Assembly (NCBI GenBank): GCA_905178155.1
Contig: CAJINV010000003.1
Span: 455,091-519,090 of the forward strand
Direction: 5' to 3'
DNA from: Amoebophrya sp. A120
Lineage: Eukaryota > Protista > Dinoflagellata
Length of the DNA stretch: 64,000 nt
The notes under the pieces are model-generated. The model was given only the letters and a program-made list of their open reading frames with translations. It ran no database searches and was not told the origin of the DNA. The position numbers were made by a program, and so were the translations under genes. The stretch's first letter is position 1, and every line of letters begins with the position of its first letter. Positions 24,901 to 37,900 of the stretch are shown in pieces.

Positions 24901-27232
24901 CTCGAGATCGTCCCAAATAACCGCCTCAAGCAGGAGCACCAGCCGCCCGCGCAGTCATCGGAGTGGCCGTGCTTCGTCTCGTTCTCCGCGTCTGCCTAGC
25001 TACCGACACACTGGTACCGTGCGGACCGGGCCGAATGAAGTAGAGACACGTGGCGAGTATGTGGACGACGACGGAACGCCCCGCTACCACCACCACCGCC
25101 GGCGACATCACTCCAGCAGGCGCGAATCACAGGCGTCGCGAAGGCCATCTGTTTCACCTCGAGGGGGCCAACCGGGAGGTTACGGCACCGGTATGGCCGC
25201 GGGCCCATGGATTATTGCGGCGCTGCCGACCGCATCACCCTTTGGAGGGGGAGGAGGTGTGTTTCCGACGTTCCTGAACAATCCTGGCTTCAGTGTTATT
25301 TCAGCCGCGCAGCAAACTGCAGCTCTGGGGCCGTCTGGCCTCGGAGCAGCCCTGAGTGGATTTTCCGGGGGGACGGGTCAGGTCGCAGCAGGGTTAGACG
25401 CAAGCAGTCGTGTACTAGAAGGTACAGCACGCAGTCCTTCCAACTTAGGTGCAGCTACGCCCGTCCAGGCTGTTCCACCAATGCCCCCCATCGACGTGGA
25501 GGCTATTCTGCGCTCGGAGCTGCGTCTGGCGTTGAGCGGCCTCGCACGTGGCGTCCGGTCGGTCGATCGTACCGGGCCCGCCGGTGAGCAAGCACTGAGT
25601 AACGGAACCGTCGATCCGGAGACGCTGAGTGCTCGCGCCGCAGCTCTGGGTGTCGACCCCTCGCATTCGCTGACCCCCGGTGGACTGCTGCCCGACTTGC
25701 GCTCGTTGACCCCCGAACGATTTCAGGGACTGACGGGGCCGCCGGATGAAATGGTGCTGAGCAACATTCTCGATACCATGAACAAGGCGAGCACGACCTC
25801 CCCTCGGGCCGCAAGCGGGAGCCGAAGCCCGGTCGGTTCGGGAGGTAGAGAGCGACCGTTGAGCGTGAAAATGTTCTACGAAGGAGACAGCAAGCTGGAC
25901 GCGGTCAACCGACGCGTGGACCGCGCGCTTCGCAGTTGCGCAAGTGCGCTGAGCGACGTGTACGCGTCGAGGATCGGCGGGGATCCGTGGAAGTGGAGCT
26001 ACTACAACAGCCGACGGGGAGGCGGCGGGGCGGCCTGGCGCCGCGACCCGTCCTTGAGTCCCACGGGGATGCTCGCAACGCCCCGAGAAGCTGCTGGCTT
26101 TCTATCGGCACAACAGCGGACACACGCTGCAGCTACAGGAAGTGGCGTAAGTGCCCCACTTTACCGTGGTTCGAGCAGGTCGCCACGGGCGGGAAATAAT
26201 GCAGGACGCTTCACGCCGCCGCTGGCCCCATTCGGAGAGGTGATAAGAACGGGCGGCCGCACACCGCCCGCAGTGGCGGGTCGCGTGCCGCTGTTGCCCG
26301 GAAGGACAACGGAGCGCGGAGAAGACGCGTTCGGCAATGCTGCTAACCACACACTCGTGTTTCCGTACCAGTCACACAAATACAAGATATCGACACCGCC
26401 GCCAGGCATGGCCGCTGACATGGTTTCTAACCGACATCTAGAGCTTGCACTCGCGAATCAAGCGCAAGCCCGGGCAGCAGGAGGCACGAGCAAAGACACC
26501 GTGGGACCGACTATGTATTCGCCGCGTCCGTTCGCAAATGGCACGGACGAGCTTTGGGCCTGGGGCCCCCGAAGGCTGGGAGGGGACGACTCGTCGAAGA
26601 ATCAAAATGGTGGAACTACGGGAGTTGGTGTTGACATAATGACGGCCACCAGCCGTGTTCGTGATGTCGACCCGACCTCAGCGCCCGGCACCATTCGGTA
26701 TCTGCGGCAGCTGCATGAGGGAAGTATGCCACGCGCCACACAGCTCTCGCCCGCCCCGCACCGGCCCCAGACTGGTGGTCCTCCGCCGCCCGCAGGAGGC
26801 AGCTCTGCCGCACGACTGTACTTCCCAGACTATTCCGCAGTGCTTCCAGAAAATCCTGAACTCAAGCGGAGGCTCCAACAGAACGCCGCGACGCAGCGGG
26901 CACTGGACTTGGACAGGCACAGCATCCTCGATTTGCACCGTCTTCCGACCGATCCCGGACTTCTTTCAGGGCTGCAGCATAAGCACAAGCATCGCAACGA
27001 TGTACGGCTGGCGCGACAATTCGCAGAATTAGAGGCACCAAATAGCGGCCTTTCACAGGCACAAAATTGGGAACCGCAGCACGTTCCGCTGGCGACGATA
27101 ATGCCGGAGGACGGATTTGGCATGGACAGCGCGCGAAGGAGTGAGGATGTAACGCGCATGCGGAACTCAAATTACACTTACGATAGACAGAATCGGAACA
27201 CAGTCGATGAAGGCGATTTTGACTTTGTCTGA
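21911..27232 (+). CDS. Very large low-complexity hypothetical protein (1773 aa)
   Basis: Uninterrupted 5.3-kb ORF, S/R/A/G/P-rich with short charged helical patches. No domain recognised. Confidence 0.7.
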   Translation: MGGEKNDHGAERPGPQSRRSSVFALPTRGADWAATRRLSIGKIITSPKLGVSLTNSPAGAASSGSSKKIIQKKKGDPIFGDFPRRPALLVPPSATTTRGTAPGPAAAPRALSPSSVLASGCSRSKISVELVLPPDGLLRAAATNAAHHRAKVDRVLAEGEALEGEHPPVAPLHLISEGEEDEEEGQHDEGKNGTSINSAVDKLFETLNKKTEVRAERRRQISQARRVSLVVDDGEIREKSLEATEVEKQKKIEERTGISYEYVTGLVDKLYRAKELREESEAEQRRHREARVGHEIGLPGSRRSSTSPSGGGSSLSRPPPELRRSPSESTSRRRAASSSKTIIPTSTTSSPGAKAEDTFAFVRSLSGREEVANKDETEGRREVLNDHYPSAAVEATTAADDRIIGTTTAESSAPSSVQKTSYQSRGASTSYTEQRHDAIRRHVEENMNTRELYAAASKVIHENEGAHKEDRRRNEEDFARLLEKNPRPSAPPPSNTPAQRDNGRGRRLSHKIRKSAITAGDDEKNKKSRASFRLSNKSDKHPVVHVSATGVDSRQGRFAEGERAVSEVEQPEQVVEGGAKNLGDAQPRRPPDHPNDTKNNRTRSTYADNKEVEIKSAQRVTKNPDQYGTDEHEDFLANAAMRVANNLYAAGAAPAGAIPEGEAVAYGATAHHFTSRALDFNKMFRQQQKPVATIFDPGYGAVKGTMMGNGAVYGGTQLAPPIRGQSIHLGADGKIQSVGPAATTSMHSHTVTPDGKAYNFRAEYDFAPTTSTNGRATSFQTISSDQVVHRGSMVMSSQYERDSAGLANTTFGGGYIQSRTSASIAPPGTYGAGGGMYNATRSQARPASGVVVPAIPNFSAAAASSQARLHSSRSQTPDFSQLSSSRSTQNTPASTSTRGRRTTMQLPSMQTTYPNIPDLASKSLYSAVARGTTGASTRGDGASRLTTQHIIQTTPLSTSSAGSSTSRSSRRGRSHRRRLHRLSDRGIADEDLSSDDSSRSSQITASSRSTSRPRSHRSGRASSRSPRLPSYRHTGTVRTGPNEVETRGEYVDDDGTPRYHHHRRRHHSSRRESQASRRPSVSPRGGQPGGYGTGMAAGPWIIAALPTASPFGGGGGVFPTFLNNPGFSVISAAQQTAALGPSGLGAALSGFSGGTGQVAAGLDASSRVLEGTARSPSNLGAATPVQAVPPMPPIDVEAILRSELRLALSGLARGVRSVDRTGPAGEQALSNGTVDPETLSARAAALGVDPSHSLTPGGLLPDLRSLTPERFQGLTGPPDEMVLSNILDTMNKASTTSPRAASGSRSPVGSGGRERPLSVKMFYEGDSKLDAVNRRVDRALRSCASALSDVYASRIGGDPWKWSYYNSRRGGGGAAWRRDPSLSPTGMLATPREAAGFLSAQQRTHAAATGSGVSAPLYRGSSRSPRAGNNAGRFTPPLAPFGEVIRTGGRTPPAVAGRVPLLPGRTTERGEDAFGNAANHTLVFPYQSHKYKISTPPPGMAADMVSNRHLELALANQAQARAAGGTSKDTVGPTMYSPRPFANGTDELWAWGPRRLGGDDSSKNQNGGTTGVGVDIMTATSRVRDVDPTSAPGTIRYLRQLHEGSMPRATQLSPAPHRPQTGGPPPPAGGSSAARLYFPDYSAVLPENPELKRRLQQNAATQRALDLDRHSILDLHRLPTDPGLLSGLQHKHKHRNDVRLARQFAELEAPNSGLSQAQNWEPQHVPLATIMPEDGFGMDSARRSEDVTRMRNSNYTYDRQNRNTVDEGDFDFV

Positions 27233-28092
27233 CCAGCCGCTACTGCTTGTTTGGAACACGAACAAGAACCTGGACCTACTAAAAATCAGAATCAGCAATT
27301 GCAATTTATTCGTCACACGACGGAGGTTCTCGATCTCCTTCTGGAGTACAAAGAAATCACTCTCGATAGCATCAGTAGGTGTTACGTCTTGGTGATGGTG
27401 GCCGTGCTGCGCCAGCACTGTCGTGCTTTGCCATCCTCCTATTTGAAATTGAAAATCGGATGTTTCGTGTTCAGCAATGTCGGTATAATCGGTAGTTTTG
27501 CGAAGAATCTCGTCGTCGTGCGTGTCTATTCATGATGACTGAATCCCTGAACAAACTGTGTCGGTAGAAGTTTCTCCGGTTGTTATACCGATTGGATTGC
27601 GTGAATGTGGAATAACTCTTCCGGGATCATCGAGGTCGTCAAAACACGTGGGACGTTGATTATTGTGATAGAGAATGAAAGCTGGTATCGCCTATTTTGT
27701 CGTACAGAGTTGTTCACACGTGGGGCGGGTTCTGGGCGTACGTACGTAGCCGTAGGATACATGACTTTGACTTGTCAAAGTTAAAGAGCCGAATACACGT
27801 ATTCACAAGATGAAAGCGTAGTCCCCGGCGTTACTCTAGGCGGACGCATCTGGTAATATTCACGGCCTGCCATCTTTAAGGTCGAAAATGAATTCTGAAA
27901 GAGAATAACATCATAGATCAGAAAACGAGGGTTGGAAGCCACGGACGAGAGTGTTTCTTTGAAAAATGGACCACACATGTAAGTACTTAGCTCTGTAAGG
28001 TTAACCAGATTGAGCGAGGTTGCCCGGGCTGATCTTCATGTTGTTGACAAAAGTTCTTCGCGCCGCCTAGTGTTGACATTTCAAGAAAGATC

Positions 28093-31000
28093 ATGGCAAA
28101 AATCGAAGATTTGCACTCCACCTATGAAAACTTTAACTTCGAAGATTCGCACGAGAGCCCCGGCTGTACATCGTCCCCGGGCTTCAATTACGTGCAGGAG
28201 CTGGACTTGATTCTGACGGAGCTACGCGATATCAACGCAGCCAGAGGTGGTGGAGGTACTGCAAATGAAGTTGTAGAGCAGAGCGCGGAACAAGGACCCC
28301 ATCCCCAGTTGGTGACGTCGTCAGCACCCGGGTCTTCTACGACCATTATGCCAGCAGCTCCTGTTTCGCCCATCGACTCGGTTCCGGTCGAGCGGCAGCA
28401 ACCGCAGCCACGAAGAACTCGCGGTACGCTCGAAGCCGCAGCCTCGTCATCTAACGCGACGTCCTCTACTAAACTGTCGTCTGGCGACTTTGCTCCGATC
28501 GTGACACAGGTGTGCCACAGTCCGAACGATGCTGCAACGTACTTCGTCGTCCCGCCGGGTGCCGGTGCGGGTGTGAACAGCAAAATGGATCCGCAGAGTC
28601 ACCAAACCTACAGCCTAGACGACGGAATTGGCCGGCACAACAAGTTTCTGGAACTTTTGGCGAATTCGTCGGCTGTGACAGGTGGAACGAAAGAGGCGCA
28701 CAACGAAGATGTCGTGCCAAGACCTGTCAACATTTCTACTTCGGGCCAGGCTGGTGCAGGTGCAGTTGCTCTTGTCGGAGATCAAGATGCCATGGTCGCT
28801 CAAGCGGCCGCAACTTCCACCGACTCCCTGTCCGCAACGTATGGGCTCGATGACGATGTTTTTGAAACAGAAGATCCAGATTCGATCGTAGCAAAGTCAA
28901 GCCTGATTCCGGTTTCGATCACTGCGGGTACCATGCAGCTCTCTGCGTCTAGCAGCACAAACGAACCCAGCACCACCTGCCCAAGCAGCAACAACGTCTC
29001 GGACGCAGAGCACCATCATGGTACTATGATGTACCAATCGCAAAAATCGCTCGAGGAAAGCAGAGCGCTTAGGACGAATACCCGTGGGGGCGCCGCGCCT
29101 TTTTCGTCCTTTGCATATCGGCACGGGCTGGCTGGAACCACCGTCGCATCATCTTCAAGTACTAGTGCTGGTGGCACGAGCAGCGCCGCGCCGGTAGTTG
29201 CTCTCGATGTCAATACGGGAACGGGAGGACAGCTGCACCTGCACACGGGAGCAGGAGGAAGGAAAACGGAAAGCGGTTCGGTTTTTTCGAGCGGCTGGGC
29301 CTCCAGTAGCACGTCAAGTTCCAAACAAAATGAGGTCCTCGCAGCGCACACAAGAACTTTCGCTTCTTCATCTTCAGGGCGAGCGGCGCAAGAGAAGCAG
29401 TCCGCCCAGCAGGCGTCTACGCCTCAACGGTCAGGCTCCTCCCGGCTACGCGTACGGCCGTCGAGCGGCGGAGTCTGGGAACACGAGACCGAGACGGATG
29501 CTGCACCTGCTGCTCTTCCATCCTCCAGCGACCTCCGAGAAAGTCGACGCCCACCGGAGCAGTCGTTGTCAGTGCTGTATACGGAAGCGGTACCGAAGTG
29601 GAAGTTACTGTGGTTCTTGATGCTCTCAATTATATGATACAGGGAAGTGTCTGCCCGCCCGCTGTTCAACTTCATATATTTGTCTTTGGATGGAAAATTG
29701 AAAATTCAAATTGCGCATAGTTGACCCCCTTTCAGTTACTAGCTGCGGAGGCATATTAATATATCGTACAACACGACTACTACAGCGACCACCGACCTAT
29801 TCCGCTATCGTACCAAGTTCTACGACTTTTGACGATGAGGAAATAACGGAACAAAGCCCGAACAAGCGTTGCCCGCCAGCAATACGCATGCCGGTGTCAT
29901 CAACCAAGTTTCACACGCCGTTGACCTTTACTCCCGACGAGCTGGTGGCACTTGACGTTCAGCCAGTGGCTGCACCTGGAAGTACGAGTAGCTCGGCGGC
30001 CCGAGGTCGAGCGGAAGCGGAACACTCTGGTGATGCTTCGCGAGCCGTAGATGAAGATCTGGATGTTGTAGAAGCTGAAGCGCACCCTTCGGAGCAGCTG
30101 AAGGAAAACGAGAGCTTCAAGAAGATTCTGGAGCAGATCGAGTCCACGCAAACGCGGTTGCACGAAAAGCTCGCGACGGCCATGGCCGGAATCGCACTGC
30201 AACCACCAACCGAGGAGGTGCCCGCCTTTCTGGTAGAACAAGAATCAAGAACCCTGGTGGATGAAGAAGTCTACGTTGCGGACAACGACCTGCAGGACGA
30301 GGCGGAAGATGAACGCGACCTAGACATAGACGTGCGAGATCAAGCCGAAGTAGCACAGGCCGCTGCACGAGGACCCACGGATTCAAGGTTCTTGTCGCCG
30401 CTGCAAGGCCACGTACAATTGTGCGAGGAGAACATCGATTTGGCGGAAGCTGCCGAGATGGACGAAACCGTATCGCAAGAGGAACTGGCCGCGCAAAGAA
30501 GAATTGCAGCCGATCACTCGGCCGGCGGCATTTCTAACCTGCACGCAAAGCCGCGTAGTGATGCGAGAAACCGTGTGATTTCTCCGTCGACGCCGCCGCT
30601 CGACGAGCAGGTAGACTTAGACAACTTCGTGGACCTACTTCACAGCGATCAAGAAGGCAGGCCACGCGCCAAATCATCGCCAACATCCCGTGCGGTCGTG
30701 CACGTTCCCAGAATTGCCGGCTTTGAGCGCGTCACAAATTCCGCCCAGAAAAGGCGCAGTAGTGCGGCTTCTTTGAAGAACTTTGTTTCTTCGTGGCTGG
30801 GAGGTGGCAGTAAGGCACTACTGCATACGGGGCCAAGTGCCAGTACAGGGGCGACGGCGGCGAGTAAAGCAGCAGCGAACAAACCGCTGAACGCGCTGAA
30901 GGCAACAACTGCGGCAGCGGCCGCCATGGTGACAACGGTTCCTCTAAGAATAAAGTCGTCCTCCTCCTCCTCAGCTACGTCTCTGCTGGATAATGGGAAC

Positions 31001-34000
31001 AAGCCGGACGAGAGCGCAGGTGTTGCCGAACAGGCCTCATCACCTGCAGCAGCCGCGAGTCCGAGCAGTAGCCCAAATGCACATTACCACCTGATCGAAC
31101 AGAAGCAGGCGAACAAGAAGCTGCAGGCTGTGGCGGCGAAAACTCCCACTGCAACGGAACAGCCGCGCTTAACTGCGCCGCGCCCCACTCCTCCTATGCC
31201 TCCAAGAAGTCCCGAGGATATAATTTCGTCAAGCAGCAACAAGGCAGATTCTTCGCACGGACTGGTTGAGATAACATCAACTGGATTGAAGCCGCGTCTG
31301 CGCGCAGGTCACCGACCCCCACCTCGTGTGAATGGGGGGCAGCAACAAGGTCCTCTTCAGGCTGCTGCAGGGACTTGTTCTCCTGCGCCGCGGCGGAATA
31401 GCCTTCCAGTTTCCGGGAGGGGCAATAATTCCAGTGGCGCGAAGGTTTCAAGCCGTGGTAGTCGACCACCGAATTCTGGTCGGCGGCAGTCGCTGCGGGG
31501 AAGCGCGAGCAAGCCTCGCTCCATTTCTTCTCCCAACGGCTCGCGTCAGTCCAGTGTGGATCCGTGCGGCCGGACAGCTCAACAGGCGGTTGCAGCTGTC
31601 GCAAGTACACCGATGGTAGCTAGCAAGGAAGAAACGGAAGTGGTGGCGCGACTGGCGAGATCCACTGCCAGTTCCGGAGCAAAGCGAAGCGAATCTGCTT
31701 CCCGTCGAACAACCCGGGACCAGCAGCTTCGCACTGGTGTTTCCTCGAAAAAGGTAAAGGCCTTCATGCCGGGCGGTGCGGCTATCACGCCCATCACCGG
31801 AGGGGACCAACAAAAGCTCGCGTTTGCGAGGTCGCGACAAACATCTCCAGCTCTAGTAGCGAAGAAGTCGCCTCCGTCTGCAACGGGCAGTGGCAGTGCG
31901 GCACGGGCGACAAGAAAAAATGGACCTATTGAACAACAGCAACAAAACAAGAGAAGTACCAGCCCACCCAAGGTACTAGAACACACTCGGACAGCTGTTT
32001 TTCGTCCACAGCAGCACACGAAAATAGCTGCCGGCGTCTCGTCCACAAATGGTGCAGCTCAAAGCCCACCGCCTGAAGCGACGATAACAGACCAGGTGGT
32101 AGCGAACGCGATTGCGCCCCTGCCCCGACACCCATATCTTGTCCGCAATGGAACCCGTGCGGCATTGTTCGGGCAGCATGCATCGTCGCAGGCGTCATCA
32201 ATGCGCTCCATCCCACGTATGAAAACTGAGATGCAGCAGCTGGTGCACCAGGGACATAATTCACAACTAGCTCACAAAGTAGAATGCCACACTGCTACCC
32301 CAGGGACTAGTGCCGGGGGAACCAGATTTCATCAGTCATCGACCGGGATGAACAGGAAGCCAGCGTCTGTCGGTGGATTCGCAAAGAACATTAGCCGAAT
32401 ACCGCGCCCACCACCAGCACATAAGCCAGCTGCACAATCTCCCACAGTAGTTGCTGCAACAGGGGGGCCTGCGAACAATGCTGCAAACAAAACGCGACGT
32501 CACCGAGACCGACCCGGAAATTTCTTCGCGAGCAAAACATCCGGCACCAGGATTTCTTCAGCTACCGTGCAGCACCAGGAGACTGCCAGTTTGCCTCCGC
32601 CGCAGGCCCAGCAGCTACTGAACGACGTAATCGTAATATCCGACGTGAACAAGAATGCGACGTCTGCATCAAGTGGAGGACACGTCGCCCCGCGCTGGGT
32701 AGTTCCAGCGGGAGGTGCTGGTCCAAGTGCTGCGGCAGGAGCAGGTTTTGTTTCTCCAGGAGCAGCTCCTCCTGCAGCCACACACAACTCAACAGCTGGA
32801 GGTGGTCATGCTCTATCGAGCACTGCGGTACCGTACCAGTTTCAGCAGCAGCAGATGACGCACCAAGTCGTGCCACTACCTTTACGGGCCAGATCGTCCA
32901 GCATCACGAATTCGACAGGCCAACAAGTCAACATCCTCGGTTCATCCTGGAGCTCACAGGCATTAGCTGCGGCTCCCCAAAAAATCTACTACCGTCCGCC
33001 GCCGAGGGTATTCGTTTCGCCCTCTCCGCCCCTGATCACCCGTTCGCCTTCTTTTTCCTCGATGAACCCTGCTGGCACGAGTTTCGTGCCAACTACGGCG
33101 ACAGCGCCTGTTCCCGCAGCATCGGCTGCGGTTGTGGTGCAGGGTCAGGTGGGGGAGCAGCCAAAAATAACCGCATCTTCGACTGAGCAGCTGCAGCAGA
33201 CCTTGAATTTATCTGCATCGACAACTTCGAACGTGAGCCTCGGTAGAAGTGGACGCGTTGTCGTGCACCGGGTTTTGTCTTCGCCGCCGCCTCCGGTTAA
33301 GCCACCTGCTGCGCAGGTGATTAGCAAACAATCACCGCCTCCAGCAAGCGACGGCCGCGCCCCACTACCGGCAGATCAAGCTTCTGTAGGAGACCAGCAC
33401 CAACAAAGTGTCGCACGACCTCACAGCTACGCGCCACCACCCATCGGAAACATCCGCGGCGTGCCCCTTGCCAGCGCTTTTCAGCCACCGCCTAAGACAA
33501 TGATTGTGCGAAACCCCAGCGGCACTCGGTTGCTTTCTACATCCCCCTCTCCTTTGCGGTTTGCTGCACCAGGTGCGATTCAGCGGTCTTTATCGGCATC
33601 GCTCGGGAATTCCTTTGCCGGCTCCCAGCAAGGTGATACAGCCTCTCTCTCTGCTATCGACTCATTTTTCATGATGTAAGTAGATCGAGATCGTTACGTT
33701 ACGAACAGTCATCAAATGATTTTGCATTACGTGGTGCAAGTATCTTCAAAAAATCAAAATAAAAATGGTTTCAGGTGGTCACGTCTTTGTTGCCGAGCAG
33801 ACGTCGTCCGCTGCCGCACCTTCGGAGCCCCCTACGTCTGCACTCGACGCGACATCGCAAACAGCCTTGCACCTGTCTGGAGATGGTGTATTGGAGAAGC
33901 AGTTGCGCACGGAGAACGAACAACTGAGACTGCACGCACAACAGCTGGCCGCAGAGACTAAAGCACAGGAGCAAAGGATCAGGCAGCTAGAGCAGCGAGG

Positions 34001-34019
34001 ACGATTTGTCAAGAAGTGA
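28093..34019 (+). CDS. Large disordered Ser/Ala/Pro-rich protein with short coiled coils (at least 3 exons)
   Basis: ORFs 28093 and 29711 join through GT-AG intron 29590-29785 (phase 0). A phase-1 GT-AG intron 33633-33774 adds a coiled-coil exon (LEKQLRTENEQLRLHAQQL). The 3' end is uncertain. Confidence 0.6.
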
Positions 34020-34925
34020 CGAGTTCTTGTAGTTGGAGAGCCGCATCCGGCGCCACGACGAGGGTAAATAGGTAAACAACTTCGAGTTCGACATCAAAAC
34101 TGAAAAGAGTCGCGAGGACGAGACTCGCCGCGACTATCGATTTCGTATATCACCTTCATTTTCCGGCAGAATCAAAAAAATGAATAAGCCCGCCCCTATT
34201 ACTTACCAAAAAAAGCATCCAAACGTACAGATACTCCGTCCATTTTGAATCAACTAGTAGAGCAGTGAAACAACTAGACGAACAGCAAATAATACCACAG
34301 AGGCAAATACAAGCGCATAAATATTTTCGCTCTTCCTTAGGATTGTAGATAAACCACCTCGACGAGTTTGTATCAAATCTTGTGCTACGTACTCCCGTGT
34401 AGCTTTCAAAAGCGTTTGAATTAGCATCATTCATCGTGAGAAAAATCAAAGACCATACAACCATCGCAAACCCATGGAGACCCAAAGATTCTCTTTCGCA
34501 GTATCAGCCCGCTTTTTACGAATGTATGATCTTTTACAGCATTTTTATTTCGGACTCACGACAACGAAGGAAGGAACGGCGATAGCCAGTCGTGACAGGT
34601 GAATTCGAACTTGTCGCTTTGACTTCATCACCCTTCGTGTCTGTACCTAGAACAAGCAAGAGGGTCGTAGACACGATTCGCGAGGATCGTGATCCGTCCG
34701 TGTCGATACCTGTGGTCCGTCGAGAACAACGTACAGACGAGCGAATCCGATTTATATTTATATTTTCCAGAGAAACCATTATGTGCATGTTGCGAAGTCG
34801 TGGGATCATACGATTTGGCGCGCATCCAACAAGAGACGACGAGAGCACCAGTCCATGTGGCGTTCGGCCGAGCGAGGGGACTCGCTGTGAAGATGTGTCG
34901 TTTCTAGTTCTTCACTGTAAAAATC

Positions 34926-37900
34926 ATGAACGCGAAGCGTAAGGTAGTCTATGTGATTTTCGAATCGGAGCTTCAGTTATTGTCCCTTTCGCTGCGCAAC
35001 TACATCGAAAAATAAAATTGGCGACACCGGTGCAGCCTGTGCGATCAAAAGTGCGTGATTTTTGGAACGTTAACTAAGTTAATACGAGATGCCAGATGCT
35101 GGGAAAATTTTTTCGATTACTACTTAGAAAAATGAGATCTTGAAGATCTGCACCATGATCCGCGCCTTTGGGTTGTCCGGGGACGAGCTCGCCCTCCCCG
35201 CGGCGCAAACCAAGGACGTTTGCTACGCGACGACGGACGTGGTCGACTGTCGGAAGCTGCGACTGGCCCTGTTCCGTCTCTGGCGGGCGGAGCGCCTGCT
35301 TGACCGTCTTTCCTTCCACTCGTGGCGGATGCTTTTGCTGTGGAACGACGAGCTACTGGAGGACAACTTTTGCGGGCTGCGGAAGACCGACTTGCTGAGC
35401 TTCAACTGCGGGCGGCTGAAATTTCTTCTCACGGAGTTTCCGGTGCAGGACTTTGAATGGATCGGCAACTTTCAGCGCTGGCTGGCGGAGAAGAATCCTG
35501 GGGAATGCCGGCTCGAAATGGGCTCGACCGACGGCGCGGTGGCGGCTTTCAAAGCGCTGAAGAAGATTTCGTGTGGAAGCAGGACCAGGAGTAGCAACCA
35601 CAACCAGGAAGATGCTGACGATGATCCTGCTCAGAAACCACGCGATGTAGGTGACCAGTTGCAGATACGACATGATCGAGGGAAAGAGGCAGTAGTGTGT
35701 GAGACTGAGGAACAGCCGTCGGCAGATCATCAGGATGGGTCCGCAGAACAACGCACGTCTGACGATTCTTCCGCATCTAGTACAGGGGGTGCAGTTGCAG
35801 AAGTCTCCGCCACCGCCACAGACGGAGTAGGAGCAGCGGAAAGTGATGTTGCTTCTGGTGTTGCTGCACGACCTCCACCTCCACCAGCTTCGAGTAAAGG
35901 TCAAGCAGCCTCGGCACCCCCGCCCAGCAGCTCTGCACCGTCACAAGAACTCGACTGGAAGTATTTGCGAGACGAGGCGTCCCTCGTGGTGACGCAGGCG
36001 AAGTTTCGCCAAATGCCCAGAGACGAGGTCTTGAAGGTTGTCCCCTGGCTCAGCCAGAACAGTTGTCTCGAAACGCTCCATTTCGAAAAATGTGACCTGC
36101 AAGGAGGGGATGCGGGGAAGCTTGCGCAGGCGTGTTTTGCGGTAAACTGTTCCCTCGAGCAAGAGTTTGATCTGTCCGACGTGCTCGCTGCCGTGCCGCA
36201 GCAAGGTCCTGGGGAAGCGGCGTGCTCTAGTAGTTCGAGCTCTGCTCCTTCTACTTTCGACGTCGTTGAAGAAAAGCGTCCCCCAACATCTGCTTCCGGG
36301 GCAAGCGTCGACCTTGATCGTGTCCGCACGGGGCGTCTTCAGCAGCAGCGTCTAGACCCTGCGCAGATTGTTCCGCGCCTTCGGGACGCTCTGAAGACGC
36401 TCGGTTTGCGAACTTCCGCTGTCGAGGTAGAGAGCGAAGTAGACCAAGCTTCATCAGCCTTGGCTGGTGTCTCTTCGGTGGACGACCTAACCTCCCTCGC
36501 TGATGTTGAAAGTGACATCACAACTAGTAGTGCAACTCCTGCTGCTCCGATTGCATCTAGTAGAACAAGCACAACCCCAACAGTTTCTTCATCTTCATCG
36601 AGGACTCCAACCGACAAAGAGAAGGGAACCACACACCATCAAACGAGCGCCGCGTCCGCGTCGAGCAACAGTACTAAGAGAAGTGTATCAAGTACAACAA
36701 GTCCACCCAGCAAAAAAGACAAAAGTAGCAGGCCGACAGCGGCAGTGAATAAAGCGACCACGACGGGGAACAAGAGCTGTTCCAAAGTACTGGAGGACCA
36801 CGCAGGGCAAAAAGACAAGCCGCAGGTCCTCGAGAAGACAACATGCGGGGCTGTGCAGGTAAGCCTGAATGTGAAAGAGGTGGACCTTTTCGGCGATATC
36901 GAGACCTCCACCAGTGCGGGCTCTGAGCCCGCAACCAGCTCGGATTCGCAGCATACTGGCGGGTCAACTAGCACAGGTGCAGCATCAACTTCTAGCACGA
37001 CAAAGGACGAAGGGATTCTGAGCACTGAAATACGGCAAATCCTTCGCGCCCCGCGGCCTGCTCAGCTGCAGTTACATCACCTCTCCCTGGCCCACAACCC
37101 GCTGTTGTCTCGCGACCTGAACGCCTTCAAGTTACTGATCGAGGGGATAAAGGCCAATATCTCGCTTTTGTCCCTCGATTTGCGGTCCTGCGGAATTCAG
37201 TCGACCAGCTTCACAACGGCCAGTGATCCCGCCAGCCTGCGGAACGGCGACAGCTGCGCGCAGTTGGCGGAGCTACTGAAGACGAACCACAGCCTGCAAC
37301 TGCTGGATTTGTCCAACAACGAGCTCTGGTGTGCGGGCGTCGTCACCCTGACCAAGGGGTTGGAGCAAAATCGGGGGCTGACCGAATTGCGCCTGAATTG
37401 CAACGAAATCGCGGATCTCGGTTGTCGTGTACTGTTCGAACGCGTGTTCTGTCCCAAGCAGGTGGTCGTCACGGGGGAAAGGAGCAGTAGTAGTACGACG
37501 ACTGGCACGGCAGCAGCTTCCTGTTTCTCTTCAAGCACCTCCTCCTCGCCATTCAGGAACAACAGCTCCAGATTCGCAGTACCACCATTGCCTCAGAGCG
37601 GCGGGGCAACTAGCTCTGTGTCCATAACTTCTCCGGCAGCATCGTCCTCGTTATCCGGAGCAGGTGGAGTGGCCGCGGGCTCTGCTTTCGCAGCGAACCG
37701 AACTATAGCTCCGGCTGGGTGGACGTCCCTCGGTGGTGGATCAACATCGTCCGCCACCTCCACCACGAGCAGCGCACAAAATAAACCCGGCGGTGGATTC
37801 TCGACAGCGACCGAAAACTACCTGCAACAGCAACGGCTGTTTGTCGAAACGGTGCACTTCGCTCATCCGCGTCTGCGCCGTCTGGAGCTGCGACACAACA